DNA of 64,000 bases, taken from Chiloscyllium plagiosum (Eukaryota). This document shows positions 44,906-58,799 of this stretch, piece after piece (positions within the stretch are counted from its first letter, which is position 1; each line of letters opens with the position of its first letter). Below the pieces are notes generated by a model. The model saw nothing but the letters and a program-made list of their open reading frames with translations. It did no database searches and was not told the DNA's origin. A program made the translations under genes and the position numbers. The stretch spans positions 12,726,908 through 12,790,907 of the forward strand of contig NC_057751.1 of assembly GCF_004010195.1 (NCBI RefSeq). The letters run 5' to 3'.

Positions 44906-45056
44906 CTTTCTTTTAGCATTCATCTGCTCCCTGTATCTGTCCGAGGAATCTCCTGGAATCTCACTTGCCCACAATGTCCTACCAACAATGGTATAAGCAT
45001 AGCCCATCACCATCAGAGGCAGGAAGTAGACAAGGGCTGTTACACAGACATGATAC
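44906..45056 (-). CDS. TACR1: TACR1 exon 3 (TM5-ICL3)
   Basis: tgacag acceptor, AAG|gtgagt donor, 151 nt; YHVCVTALVYFLPLMVMGYAYTIVGRTLWASEIPGDSSDRYREQMNAKRK. Confidence 0.96.
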
Positions 45057-45409
45057 CTGTCAGAGATATTCAGCATTAGTTAGTCAAGACAACTGTCCAA
45101 CACTTCAGATTCCTTACAGACTGTTAGGAACTGAGGTAACTAAGTTAACAGAAAAAACAAATTAAAAACAGCTGCTGGATGCCTTGAAAGGCAGAAAACA
45201 GGTCACAAACGAATTAGGTTGATAACATAATTCTTACAACTGAAAATACATAAACATCGCAACATGATTCACAAACAGAACCAAGAGCAAGAAATCTCAC
45301 CTTTTTGTGTTGAATTGTCAGTTCTCAGAATTTATCCGATTTTGGATTTTTACACTTACCTCCCTTATTTCGTCTGTGCATGTTAAGGTGACAGCCAAGT
45401 TGTACACAG

Positions 45410-45780
45410 TAAAGTCCCAGAACAGTAATGAGATCATAACCAGATAACCTGATCATTGATGCTACCAAACTCATCCAGTGCACTTCAAGCATTTTCTATT
45501 TCTATTTCAGATTTCCACTATTCATTGTATTTTGATCAAATAAACTCCCTTGTCATGATATTTTTGAAGGATTGTAATTGGCCAGGCCATTGTGGAGATG
45601 ATTTTCCCCTTAACTGTGGAGGCAGATGCTACCTGTCTTCAATGCTTCATAATAAGGTGGCACATCCAACAGTGCAGTGCTCCTTTAGGACTGCACTTGG
45701 GTGTTGCCTTGATTTGTACTAAGTCCTGGAGTGGGACTTGAAACTACAACATTCTGACTCAATCTAAACCTGCTACAAAC
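45410..45780 (-). mobile_element. Deu-domain SINE remnant
   Basis: Reverse similarity to 55985-56432 (GGTGGCACATCCAACAGTGCAG...GGAGTGGGACTTGAA...TTCTGACTC). Confidence 0.55.
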
Positions 45781-46214
45781 TATGCAGTGCTGATAATTAC
45801 AAATATTTACAAATAAGGTAAATCGCCATATTCACTTGGAGGAGTTCTCCATCAATGGTTGTTGGAAGCCACTCAGAAGAGTGTGGGAGTTGAAACCAAC
45901 CCATTAAAGAACAGTCAGATCCATTGAAAAAATAATCCACTGCCCTTAATGAATCTTTAGCCTGTCTTTGATTATCCCAGGAGATTACTGCATACAGTTT
46001 CACAAGGAGGTGCTTATTTGCTGAATGCGTGGAGATACATGCTTCTGCAAATCTTCAGCAAGTAGCCTTACCACAGAAAGACCCTCATGTGCTTGGGTTT
46101 TACTTATAAAGTGCTCCCTTGAACACACGCCACCAAATTGTATTGTTTCATAGTCATAATGAACTGAAATTAAATTTCTGGGTAGGTTTTGAGCTTGTTC
46201 TGTGATGCACTATT

Positions 46215-47170
46215 CCAATGGAACTGGGTCCTCTTTTGTTTGTCATTTATAAAAATGATTTGGATAAGAATATAGAAGGTGTGGTTAGTAAGTTTGCAGC
46301 CGACACCAAAATTGGTAGCTTAGCGACAGTAAAGAAGGTTTTCTAAGATTACGAATGGATCTTGATCAAATGGGTCAATGGGCTGAAAATGGCAAATGGA
46401 GTTCAGTATGGATAAATTGCATTTTGGTACAACAAACAAGGATAGGGATTATTCGATTAATGGGAGGGTGTTGGATAGTGTTGTACAGCAGAGGGACCTA
46501 GAGGTTAAGGTACACAATTCTTTGAAGTTTGCATCACATTTGGACAGATTAAAAAGGCATTCAGCATACTTGTCTTCATTTTTCAGTCCTTTGACTGCAG
46601 GAGTTGGATGTCATGTTGACATCATGCAGGACATTGGTGAAGCCTCGTCTGGAATACTGTGTCCAGTTCTGGTTGTCTTGTCATAGGAAGGATATTATTA
46701 AACTGGAGAGGATTCAAAAGAGATTTACCAGAATGTTGCTAGTTATGGAAGATTTATGTTATAAAGATAGGCTGGCTAGGCTGGAAGGTTTTTCACTTGC
46801 GCATAGGAGTTTGAGAGGTGACCTTATAGTGATTTGTAAAATAATGAGGGGTATAGTTTGAGTTAATGGTAGTTGTCTTTTCTCTTGGATGGGGAATTTC
46901 AAGACAAGGGAGCATATTTTACAGGTGAAAGGAGAGAGAGGAGGAGCAATTTTTTTTACACAGAGGGTGTGGAATTAAGTTTCTGAGGAAGTGGCGAATC
47001 TGGGTACAATTATAATATTTAAAAGGTATTTGGATAAGGACATGAATAGGAAAGGTTTGGAGGGATATGGGCCAAGAGCTGGCAGGTGGGACCTGTTCAG
47101 TTTGGGATGATGTTTGGCATGGCTGGTTGGACCAAAGGGTCTGTTTCCATGCTATATGACTCTATGACTC
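46215..47170 (+). mobile_element. CR1 (HER1-like) RT C-terminal half and 3' tail
   Basis: VSKFAADTKI, LEYCVQFWLS, KLERIQKRFTRM; tail CTATATGACTCTATGACTC. Confidence 0.9.
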
Positions 47171-50100
47171 TCTGATTATGTTTCTCAGATGAAATTTGGT
47201 CATAGCTTTAAAGTGCAGTTGCAAAAACAAATCAGTTTTATGACATTCAAAACAATAGTTTGAATTTAAAATGAATGATACTTAGTCACATAGCCGAAAG
47301 GTGATTATCTAAGCTGCAGAATGATATCTCCCTTATATGCCCTGTAGTATCTGTGTAAGGGTGAGATACATTCCAAATGAAGGAGTATTCTTCCTGTTGT
47401 TCTCAAGACAAAGTCCTGTATGAGAAACTCAATAACTTCATAAAGAAATATGCAAGTTTCAGAGCTTTATCCCCCATATTAATCTCCAGAAACAATTTGT
47501 TGTCACTTCTTGACTTTATCAATCATGCCACTGTGCCTTGAATGTCTCTTGAATGACTTGTTACCACAGTAGCATTTAAATATCAATTAAATGTAGATGT
47601 TGTATAACCTGTGAGTCCAGTTTATTTTTGGAAACAATTCACGTCTCTCTTTTTCTTTCTTTCTTTTGTAGCTCTCTTTCTCTTTTTCTTTCTTCTGCTC
47701 TTTCTGCCATGCCATTCACTGACTTTGTTCATTGGATCAGTGTATCCAGAATTCACAATACCATCAACACTGAGTGCTGGATACTAATGGTATTTAGTGT
47801 CACATTGAGTTGCAGATATTCATTGTAAAAGGAGTATGATCATATTCTAAGTACTTTTTGGTCATTTATTCTCATCTGCATTCAACCTTATGACAAACCT
47901 TTCCTTTTGTTCTCTTACCTCAACTCTCACTCAGAACACCCCAAAACCATCCCGACCAGGATCAGCCCAACACCATTTGCCTCTGCACACTCTTAAAATC
48001 TACTATATCCGTAATCTTTCTAGTTGTGATGAAATATTGTTGTTTGGACTTAACTTTGTTTCTTTCTCCAGGATGCTGCCTGACTTGCAAAGTGTTTCAA
48101 GCATTTTATGTTCTATCCAAATGGCAGAAAAGATTAAGAAGCAGAATAATTTGTGTTTGTGGGCATATGTCCACCTGTCTGTTTGTGTGTATGTGAATAC
48201 GTATGAACATTGCCCCTTTAAATACCACCCTCCTTTTGTCATCTCCTATTTTATGACAAGGTCCAGTTGCAGAGTGATTATAATACTTGACTGGCAATGC
48301 TGTGGCCTGGATTTATGATCAAAGACATGAGTTCAACTCCAAGTTTGCAAATGGAGAATTTAACTTCAGTTAATCAAATATACCTGGAATAAAAATCCAC
48401 TGAAAAACATTGTACCTGAAGCCAAGAGATTGTTGTGCAAACCTGTAAGGAATTTGACATGCAAATTTGGCCTGTTCTACATGAGACTACAGACACACCT
48501 TGAATTTGAAAGCCTGCATGCTGGAAATGGATAAAACTGCAGAAGGGTGCTTCAAACATTGCATAAGTTGCAGCACTTGGAGGAGAAACCAGTGTAAGGA
48601 AAAGGAGAAGGCTCCTAGAAAATGCTGGGACACTCAAATCCCACAGCAATTACCTCAAATGCTTCCAATTAAGGAGTAGGAACAGATTACTGTAGACAGA
48701 CTATAGCAGCAGTGCCAACCCTTCCACATTTCACCTCAGCTCTGATAAAGAGTCATCCAGACTTGAAACATTAGCTTGCTGTCTCTCCGTGCATGCTGTC
48801 TGAATGGCTGTGATCTCCAGCATTTGTTGACTTCCTTTTAAGTCCGTGCCATAAGTACTGTGAATCCGAGTTTCCATCTGATTATTGACCACTTGAGATC
48901 AAAGCATACAAACGGAGATGGACTTGTGCCTGCTTGATTTGCACCCTCAGTGATCTCCTGCCAGCAATGAAGCCCATTACTTCAGTACATAATCAACAGA
49001 AACATAATGTAAATTCAGCATTTACAAAGGATCATGGCAGATGTCAGGCTCAGCACATTCTCTCTACTGTTCAGCACTTGGTGGTCAGCATGCAATTGAA
49101 CTCCACAGCCTGTGTCACATTGGTAGTGAAGACAGGTAACACAGAAAAAGATGGAGGTAGATAGTGAAAGAGGCAAAGAGAGGAAACGTGGAGGATAAAT
49201 TTCACATTAGACCATGGTATAAAGTGGTGAATAGTGAATTATCAATGCATTACTACTGACACAATATTTCCTTCCATTTCAAGTTGGCATAAATCATAGA
49301 GTCAGAGAGATCTATCTCAGAACAGAGAAAACTAGAGAGAAGAAAGAAAGATAAAGGGAAACAGAAAGACAGGACAAAACAGAGGGTGAAAGAGAAATAG
49401 AGAATGATGGAAGAGGTTGACTTCTTGATAAAGTAAAAAGATCAAATCTCTTGATGTTTTGGAGGAGCATTAACAATTCTCCATCCATTTCACCCAATTA
49501 TTCATGTTTTTGAAGCTCCATACTATTCTTTGCACCATTCACAATGCTTTCATGTTTCAAGTCATCCACAAATTTTAAAGTTGCCAATGTATAGATTATT
49601 GTTAAGAAGTGCAGCATTTCTCATTCTGCTCTGTAGAGAACTCCACTGTAGGCCTTCCTCCAATCTAGAAACCAAACCTATTGCTACCTCCTGTCTCTCA
49701 TCCAGTTTTGTATCCTTTTGCGATTTTTTTAAAGCAGAGATATGTCAATTCTTGAAAAGCAACTGGGTAAAAAATTATTATAGTTAAATGGAACAATGGA
49801 ATAATCAAATCAGTCAGGATATTATTTAATAGCAGAACAGGATCGAGGGGCTGAATGGCCTAATCATACTCCAAGTTTATATGTCTCTTTTATTGCATGA
49901 ATTCTTTGCTGTTGCGTGATACTCTGTCATGAACAATGCCAGAGAGTTTGCAGTGTTGTTTCTTCACATTACAATACTCATTTGCAGGTTATACAAATGA
50001 TTTTTTTCAATTGTTGGATTCAGAGAGAGATGGCTCATTAAAACACATTTTTAACTTTTGCAGTGCTTCTAAACTGGTTGGTGAAAAGTTGCCAGGCAAG

Positions 50101-50329
50101 TTTGCCCCTTTGAAATTGACCATCATGCCAGCTTTTTTAATGAGAATTATTGTGTGAAGTGCAGCTTTCTGTTTTTCTTGTCGTGAAACAGGAATCTATT
50201 GACACTATGACGCAAGCTTGAAGCTTTCTGGTAAATGTTTCTAGGGTATTGTGTGCAAGGTCAGGTATTCAGTCTCACTATTTATAAACCAGAACATCTG
50301 TTTCAATTCCTCAACTTCACAAGATGATG

Positions 50330-51180
50330 CCATTAGACTCCATATTTAACAGATTATCTTTCACAATGGTAACCCCCTGTCCCACTAGATGCTCCCACCG
50401 AACACACCTTCCCTTCCTTTTTCAACACTCAACTTGATCATTCCCTTTGCAACAATCCAGTATACTCTTCAGTCATTGCCAATCTCCCCTCCCTATCTCA
50501 TGGCACCTTCTCTGTATGTGCAGGAGAAGCCACATCTGTCCCTATACTTTCTCCCCTACCATCTTGCAGAGTCCACAAGATTCCTTCCAGATGAAACAGT
50601 GAGTTACTTGTATCTTGTTCAGTTCCATTTGCACAAGTCATTGTACACAATGTGAAGTCTGCTATACTGGGGAAATGTAGATTGGGTGATTGTTTTGCAG
50701 AACAACTTTGTTCACTCTTCAAACATGACTCTGAGTTTTCAGTCATTTTCCATTCCACTGCCACTTTAAAGTTTTGACTTTGATCTCTTACAATATTCTG
50801 ATTAAACTGAACAATAGTTTGGGGAACTGTAGCTTATCTTTTTTAATCGGCGCTGAATGATTTCAACACTGAATTCAGCAATTTCAAAACATAACCACAG
50901 CTCCTGTTTTCTCAGACCGCAGTTGAAAATAATGTTTCTGCTTCTTTCATTTATATATCCTCCAGTCACACCACTTGCTTTTGCCATGCACCGTCATTAA
51001 TTTTGAAACTGAACCACTTCTTCCCTATCTCGACATTTCCTTTTGTTGTTATTTCTGCCATCCTCTTTCCCTTTTACCCTTACTCAAAACTCCTTACAAC
51101 TTAAAGTTCTACCAATTCTGAGAAAATGTCATCAAACTGACAATATTAACTCTGCTTCTCTCTCTCTCTACTCCATATGG
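50330..51180 (+). mobile_element. Highly decayed Penelope-like 3' remnant
   Basis: Degenerate GIY-YIG-region sequence (ATACTGGGGAAA, GGGTGATTGTTTTGCAGAACA, GAACAA...ATCTTT) and terminal repeat remnant near 51115-51170. Confidence 0.5.
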
Positions 51181-51724
51181 AGGCTTCTTTAAAAGCATCA
51201 GTCTGAAAGTGAGATAAAATTGGAAGACTTAGGATACATTCTTCAGAGTATGCAGGTTTGTCTCATTTGTATGTTTGGGACTACCATATTTGACATTTGT
51301 ACTGGATGGTTGCATGCTGATGTTGGATATTGCAGAAGAAAAACATTGTTGTCATTGATTTCATAACTACAACAAAGCACCTTTCCTGAATAATGCATTT
51401 TCCCTATGATGCTTCTAATATGTGTTCTGCATTCATCTCTCACAATCTAACTAAAAGTGCATACCAGTGACTGTCATGATGGTCTTCTCAAGGATACAGC
51501 CTTAAGCAGCTCTAACATCGTTTCTGTCCATCAGGTGATCACAAGGCACCATTATGTTGGCATTGGTGATCACCGTAACACATAGCAGCTTGTGTTGGTG
51601 AGTACAGATTTCATCTTCTGCATCCAGAAAGAGTCAACAGCATCAAGCAGAGAGCTAGCAGTAGAATTAATTTGAAGGGAAGGCCATATTACTAGTTTCT
51701 AACTTGCAAACATAATGAATTGGA

Positions 51725-51900
51725 GTCAAAAAGTCAAAGAGTTGTACAGCATGGAAACAGACCTTTCACTCCCAACACGTCTATACCGACCAGATATCCT
51801 AAATTAATCTAGTCCCATTTGCCAGCATTTGGCCCATATCCATCTAAACCCTTGTTATTCATATACTCATCCAGATGCCTTTTAAATGTTTTTATTGTAC
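51725..51900 (-). mobile_element. CR1 3' tip
   Basis: CAGCATGGAAACAGACC...CCCATTTGCCAGCATTTGGCCCATATCC; matches 13300-13430. Confidence 0.8.
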
Positions 51901-52949
51901 CATCAATTCAAATTATCATAAAATACTTTGAATAAATCATCAGTTTACAAACTGATCAAATTCCCTGCTAAATCTGCCGCATTTAAAGTCTTCAAAATTT
52001 CAAAGACCTGCCATTAGAATTGTTGGAACAGGAAATTTGAAATTCTCAAAGGCAGTGCCTTCTGGAGATTCTTCAGAATACACTCAAGTTAAAGAAACAC
52101 TTGAGTCTCAAACCTGTTGCAGCGACAATAATCCATAATTGTTGAGCAGATGGACAGGACATAAAGAATTTGTTGCTGCATTTATAAATAGAACAGAGAT
52201 TGTGTGTGTCTGATTGACAGGAGGCACATGGCGATATTAAACCTTCAGAGTTGAACATAGATCCTCACAGGATTTACACTGAGCAGAGGGACAATAACCA
52301 ACAAATTTGAAAAAAAATAGGCAAGTGAATGAACATAGATTGACAGTTTAGTTGAGAGTCTCAGGGTCTGCTCAAGGAGGCAAAAACAGATCCCGTCAGA
52401 CTGAGGTGACAGCAATAGACAGAAGTCAGCAGCTTGCCTTAGGATTTGGATGGACTGAGGCAAACAGTGTGAAGCACAAAGATTGCTGCCAGATTGACAT
52501 TGACCCGCTACTGTAACAGACAGAAAGCAGTGGCAGCAGGAGCTTAGGCAGCTTTCTGTTCTGAGGTATACTTGCTTCTTCTCAAACAACAAGAAGTTTC
52601 TGGAAACACACAACAGGACTGAGAGTATTCAGGTTTTGAGCACAGACGCTTTGTCACAGCTGAAGTTGTGAGAAGAGGTGTACACTTAAATGGTAAACCA
52701 ATATTTTCTCTTTCCAACAACTGGCATGTATTTCCAATTGCATACATCACTTTCTGAGAGGGGTCAAACCTTTTTGGAATCCTAAGCTAATAGGAAATAT
52801 TAACATTTCCCATTTAGTTCCAACTCTGCTTTCTTCTCTTCTCTTTACAGTGCAGTAGCTATAAAGAAAACATTCCTCTCCCTCGATCACAGCACAATTC
52901 TGCCCACCGTCCCACTCAGAGTAGCCTGTACATTGTGGGTATAATAAAT

Positions 52950-53360
52950 GGTTGGGGCATTGGAGGCTGAGGGGGGGACCTTATAGAGGTTTATAAAATC
53001 ATGAGGGACATGGATAAGGTGAATAGTCAAGGTCTTTGCCCCAGAGTGGAGGAGTGCAAATCCAGAGGGCATGGGTTTAAGATGAAAGGGGAGTTATTTG
53101 AAAGGGGCTGCAGAGGCAATTTCTTTCTTGCTGAGGTTGATGTGTGTATGGAATGAGCTGCCAGAGGAAGTGGTAGAGGCTGGTACAATAAGAACATTTA
53201 AAAGGCACCTGGATGGGAATATGAACATGAAGGGTTTAGAGGGATATGGGCCAAGTGCTGGTAAATGGGATTAGATTATTTTAGGGTATCTGGCGGCATG
53301 GACGAGTTGGACCGAAAGGTCTGTTTCTGTGGCTGTACAGCCGTATGACTCTCTGATTCT
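52950..53360 (+). mobile_element. CR1 (HER1-like) 3' end
   Basis: RLRGDLIEVYKIMRDMDKVN frame; tail GGACCGAAAGGTCTGTTTCTGTGGCTGTAC. Confidence 0.88.
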
Positions 53361-53699
53361 ATTTCACAATCACTACATTTTTCATGGTATATTTTGAATT
53401 GTAATCTAACGCCTTCAGGCATGAATGATATAAGATTGTAACAAACTCAAATTTTATGGCCCAGAGAACACTGTTTGAGTGTGAAGCAGGAAGTGAACAT
53501 CTGTAATTTACCTGATGCAGGAGGATGAGGTATGCCAGCCCTGCCTGACTTATACACATTACTAAAGTAATTAGACCTGGAAATTGTGGCAGTATTCTTC
53601 CTCAGACTTGTGTGTGAGGTCAGTAAGCACAGTTAGTCTCCAGTGGGATCAAGCTGCATGAACAAGCTGAAACTTGACCAAGCCCTGATGTCTGCTCAC

Positions 53700-55115
53700 T
53701 GCACCCGGGTGGCTCCCAGCGACACCTGCCTCTTTGTCAGCTATATCGAACAGTCCCTCTTCAGTACCTACACAGGCACTGTACCCCAACTCTTCTGCCG
53801 TTACATTGATGACTGCATCAGTGCAGCGTCCTGTACCCTGGCTGAACTGGAGCAGTTCATTGACTTTGTCCACAACTTCCACCCCGCCCTCAAATTTACT
53901 TGGTCCATCTCAGCTACCTCCCTCCCCTTTCTTGACCTCTCAATTTCCATGTCTGGCCGCAGTCTCCAGACGGATGTCTGCTACAAACCTACAGACTCCC
54001 ATAACTACCTGGACTACACCTCCTCCTATCCTGCAAGAACTCCATCCCATTTTCCAGTTCCTCTGCCTCCGCTGCATCTGCTCGAACAAGGAGACATATC
54101 ACCCGCGAGCATCCCAGATGTCCACCTATTTTGAACAATGTGCTTTTTCTCTCTCCGCCATCCAGACAGCCCTCTGCCACACCACTACCATTCCCCACTC
54201 CACTGCTCTAAACCCCACCCCTCCCAATGCAATAAAGACAGAGTCCCCGTTGTCCTCACTTGCCCACCCAATCTCCGCATCCAACGCATCCTCCTCAAAC
54301 ACTTCCGCCAACTCCAACTAAACCCCACCACCAAGAACACCTTCCCATCCCCACCCTTCTCTGTCTTCTGCAAGGACCGCTCACTCTGACAGCCCTTGTT
54401 TCATGCCACCTCCGTCACCGAACTCCAGGTTCCTTCCCCTGCAACCAGAAAGGATGCAAAAACCTGGTGATGCAAAAACCTGGTACACCACCTTCCTCAC
54501 CTACATCCAGAGCCCCAAACAGTCCTTTCTCACCTGCCTCTCCTCCAACTTAGTTTACTGCATCAGGTGCTCCCGATGTGATCTTCTCTGCATCGGGGAG
54601 ACTGAATGTAAACTTAGGGAATGGTTCACTGAGCATCTCATCTTGGTCTGCAGGGCCCGACCAGATTTTCCAGATGCTGCACATTTCAATTCTCCCAACC
54701 ACTCCATTTCCGACATGACCATCTTTGGCCTCCTCCATTGCCAAAACAAACCACAGCTCCTTTTGGAGGAACAGCATCTTATTTTCTGCCTGGGCACCCT
54801 ACAACCCACAGGATTCAACATTGAGCTCTCCAATTTCAAATAACCTCCCTTCCCATCCACCGATCCCCTTTCCAGCCCCTCCCCCTCCCTTCCACTCCTC
54901 CCTGCCACCAACTGCATTCATTCCTCCTATTAACCAACCAGGTCGTACCCTCTACCTGTCTTCACCTATCCCTATTTCACCATCCTGCCCCCACCACCCC
55001 CTTTATCTGCAGTTCCCCCCCAGACCCACCCCCAGTCCTGAAGAAGGGTTACATCCAAAACATTGGCTTCTCCTGATGCTGCCTGGCTTGCTGTGTTCTT
55101 CCAGCCTCCTGCCTA
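53700..55115 (+). mobile_element. 5'-truncated Penelope-like element (RT, GIY-YIG endonuclease, terminal repeat)
   Basis: FCRYIDDCI, LPFLDL, YKPTDSHNYLDY (RT); SSNLVYCIRCSRCDLLCIGETECKLREWFTEH...GFN (GIY-YIG); frameshifts; 16-bp tandem duplication near 54453-54484. Confidence 0.92.
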
Positions 55116-55984
55116 TTGACCACGGTCAGTTAAGAGCCTTTCAACAGAAGCTCGGTTCCCTAATTCAAATTTTGAAGTGGGACTAATGTCAGCATAGAAT
55201 GACTGCAGGCTGTCTCTCTGCTAAATTGTTCTGTTTGAAAAATACCGTCAGTGTAATTCTGATCCAACTCTATCCAAATATGTTTAATTCCATTATACAG
55301 AAACAGAAAGCATAATCAGCAAAAATAAACACTCAAGCTAATTAAGAAGAGAGATCATTAGTTTTTTCTCTGGTCCCTATGCTTTCCATTTTTGCAATTA
55401 CTTTACTTTCAATCAGTTTTTATTTATCTAATTACTCTTGCCCCTTGAACTCCAACATTGGTTATTTATTTTGGCAGATTTGGGACTAAGTGCACAAGCA
55501 TGTTGAAAAAAATATAGCCAGGCTGATGTAGGACATGACCCTCTGAATGTGTCAGGTAGCACCCAGCTCAGCAGAGCCAAGGCAAGATCAATGAGGTGCT
55601 GAATAGGGGTTTGCCTGCAATCTCACCCATGTACCAGCTGAATGCCATGAAGAACATTTTAGGTTTGGTTGAACATCAATGATTGAGCTGAGCTCACTTA
55701 CAGACATTCCAATCTGCATTCCGTAATACACTTGAACCATAGCTATCAAGCACTGAAAATGAGCATACACTCTTGTGTTACAATCACACATAACTAAGCT
55801 CTGACTATCAGGACACCTTACCCTCAAAAAGAAACGTTACTTGTGAGTCAGCTCTTGTAAGTGAACAAACAGAGTAAGCTCATGCTTCAGAAGAGGCTGA
55901 GGTATCCAGTCAAAGGTTCAGCTGTTGTTTTGAACTCATTTAGGTATCAGTTCCTGACAAACACTGGTGTCTGTATCACACATG

Positions 55985-56432
55985 CAATCTCAAGCTCAGC
56001 GTCTCTCACTCTCACTTCTGGGTCAGAATGCTGTGGGCTCAAATCTCAGCTGAGACTTGAACACAAAATCTCAGCTGAAAATCCAGTGCACCATGGAGGA
56101 AATGCTGCAGTGTCGTGGTTGCCTATTTCGGATGACATGTTAACCAAAGCCATTGCTGCTTTATAGGATGGATATAAAAATCCCACAGCATTGTTTCAAA
56201 GAGGAACAGGAAAGATATCTGCTAGTGTCCCAGCAAATATTTATTCCTTAATTAAGATGAGGAAAACATGTCACCTTGCTGTTTGTGGGAGTTTGCTGTG
56301 ATGCAGTTGACGACCATATTTCCTGCATTACTGCAGCTTCAACACTTCATAAAGTACTTCATTGGCTATAATTTTTTTATAAACCTCCTGAGGTTAAAGA
56401 TGGAATCATACATATATAAAAGTCTTTCTTTC
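55985..56432 (+). mobile_element. DeuSINE (SacSINE1/AmnSINE1-related) copy
   Basis: tRNA-like head, then TTGCTGTTTGTGGGAGTTTGCTGTG...AAAGTACTTCATTGGCT...TATATAAAAGTCTTTCTTT, as recalled for Deu-type SINEs with an L2-like tail. Confidence 0.7.
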
Positions 56433-57298
56433 CACTTAATTATTTGGCTAGCCAATTATAAATAACACAATCACATCACAGCAAATTGCGAAAGTTGTGA
56501 AGCCATATCAGGATGCATACTGAATGACATATCCCATTCATTGCATTATTACTGCAGATATAAACACAAATGTTCACTGTTAGCTTACTTCTGACCTTGA
56601 AGTAGGAGCAAAAGTTTACCCCTTTGACAATCAGATCATGAAGCCGGATACTAGATACCAATATTATACTTAATGCTAGATTTATTCGCAGAATGCGACC
56701 TTACAAATGTCTGTCTCCTTTGTAACTAGAACCAAGTGTCAAGATACCTAGTCAAGCCATGCCTCTGTCTGTTATTCTTCACCTCTTCACCTCATTATTA
56801 CAATTCATGCCCTGATGCAAAAACAAGAAAGGAGAAATTGCTCATTCGTAAAATTCAGAATTATTTCACAAAGGTCCAAGTAATAGTTTGGTTCAACGCA
56901 TCTTCATTGAGTCAACTCTCATCTCAAGAATTTGAACATGTGAACTGGACTGACACTCTGGTGCAGTGCTGAAGGGCTGTTGCTATATTGGGGTGCTCTC
57001 TTTTAAATGAGGTTTGTCCAACTCAGTTCAGTATAGATCAACTGTAAATGGGTGTCAGCCTTATTTACAATCTGTATATGGTGGTAAATTTTAAGCCATT
57101 AGTTTACTTTAATTACCCTTCATTTGTTCCTAAAAAGAACACTTAATGGTGAGGTAGCCTGAAAACACAGAGTAGGATGCAGCAGAGTGTCACTCACACC
57201 TCCACAACTCATGTAGCAAGATGCTTTTCTTGGGCCAGGGTTTGATGGATGCGATAAATTATAAGGCCTGAATCACACATTATGAAAAGAGAACTTAC

Positions 57299-57499
57299 GT
57301 CGTTTCATGGCTTGTGCTATTCTCTGCATTCTCAGGCCACTCCACGTAACATACCACTCTGCCTGGGAACTGCACAGTTGTGGAGTAATAGCACTGCGGA
57401 AAGGCCAGCGACAACGCCACCACCCAGATAGCCCCAATCACGACCTTAGTGGCTGTTGCTGATAATCTTGGTTTCAACGGATGAATGATTGCCATGTAC
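57299..57499 (-). CDS. TACR1: TACR1 exon 2 (DRY end, TM4, ECL2)
   Basis: attcag acceptor, AC|gtaagt donor, 201 nt; (R)[66 protein letters not shown](T). Confidence 0.96.
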
Positions 57500-58164
57500 C
57501 TGAATCATGGAGAAGAAGCAGATTGTAAAAACAGAAGTAATATAAGGAAATAAAATCTCTATTTTTCCTGCTCCTCACCCAAGGTTCATGAGTGAAACTG
57601 AAAGCAGTATGACAGGTGCCAGTTACTATTGAGTATTTCATGTCCTTCCTCTTTCCTGTGAGCCAAATGATTTTAGATTGATGTTCGACACTCACTTAGT
57701 ATCTATATTAAAACATGTCCTCATAGGAGTTCATTCAAAGTAGGATTCTCAGCTTTTTGATTTCCCACCCCAATCGTGGCAGGGGGCACTGAGAGTAATG
57801 CAGCAAAATTAGGAATAGAAGGGACAGATACAGATGTAATATAGCAGAAAGCAGAATTTTCAAGATAGGTTTCCCTGATGAACTATTTCACATTCAGTTA
57901 GATAGTGGCTGAGCAGCACCCCAACAGCCTTGACTAATGTTTGCTCCAATTGCCTTACCCAAAAATGATACCAATTGTAATGTTATCAAGATGGCATGAA
58001 TGCAGAGATTTGATGGAAGAGTTAGCCACTTGCCCTTTAGCTGGGTTTGAAACCAGCCTAGAGTGTGTCAGCTGTAGTGTTGTACATGAAATGAATTTAA
58101 GCCGTTTCAGGTGGGATTATCACTTGCTGGATTGAAATTGGCAGGAAGTGGTGGCCCAGTCTTA

Positions 58165-58660
58165 TGATAGTTATAGAGTCATACAGCACGGAAACAGATC
58201 ATTTGGCCCAACCAGTCCATGCCAACCATAATCTACAAACTAAACTAATCCCTGCTCCCTGTGCTTGGCCCATATCCATTGAAACATTCCTTATTTGTGG
58301 ACTTATCCAAATCTCTTTTGAACATTGTAACAGTAGCCACAGCCACCACTTCCTCAAGAAGTTCATTCCACACACTAACCACTCTCTGTGTAAAAAAACA
58401 TTGTCCCTCATGTCCCTTTTAAAACTTACTCCTCTCACCTTAAAAATATGCCCCCTAGTTTTGAACACCCTCACCCGAGGGAAAATACTTTTGCCATTTA
58501 CTTTATCTATGCCCCTCATGGTTTATAAACCTCTATAAGGTCAGCCCTCAAACTCCTACACTCCAGAAGTCCCAGTCTCTCCACATAACTCAAACTCTCC
58601 ATTCCCGGCAACAGCCTGGTAAATTTCCTCTGAACTTTTGCCGATTTAATAGTACCCTCG
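58165..58660 (-). mobile_element. CR1 (HER1-like) 3' end
   Basis: Minus ORF MRGIDKVNGKSIFPRVRVFKTRGHIFKVRG. Confidence 0.9.
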
Positions 58661-58799
58661 ATGATCTGTTTTAACTAGCCCAGATAGCCAGGTTGGGGTC
58701 ACTGGACTGGAAACGATAACTCTGCTCTCTTCCCACAGATGTTGCTGGACCTGCTGAGTTTCACCAGCGATCTCTGTTCTTGCTGTTAAATATGTCCCA

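Noticed and set aside
39506..57499. TACR3 or TACR2 assignment
   Set aside because: Despite some NK3R-like residues, IIHPL, WASEIPGDSSDRY and the DYEGLEMKST...SLDL tail match NK1R.
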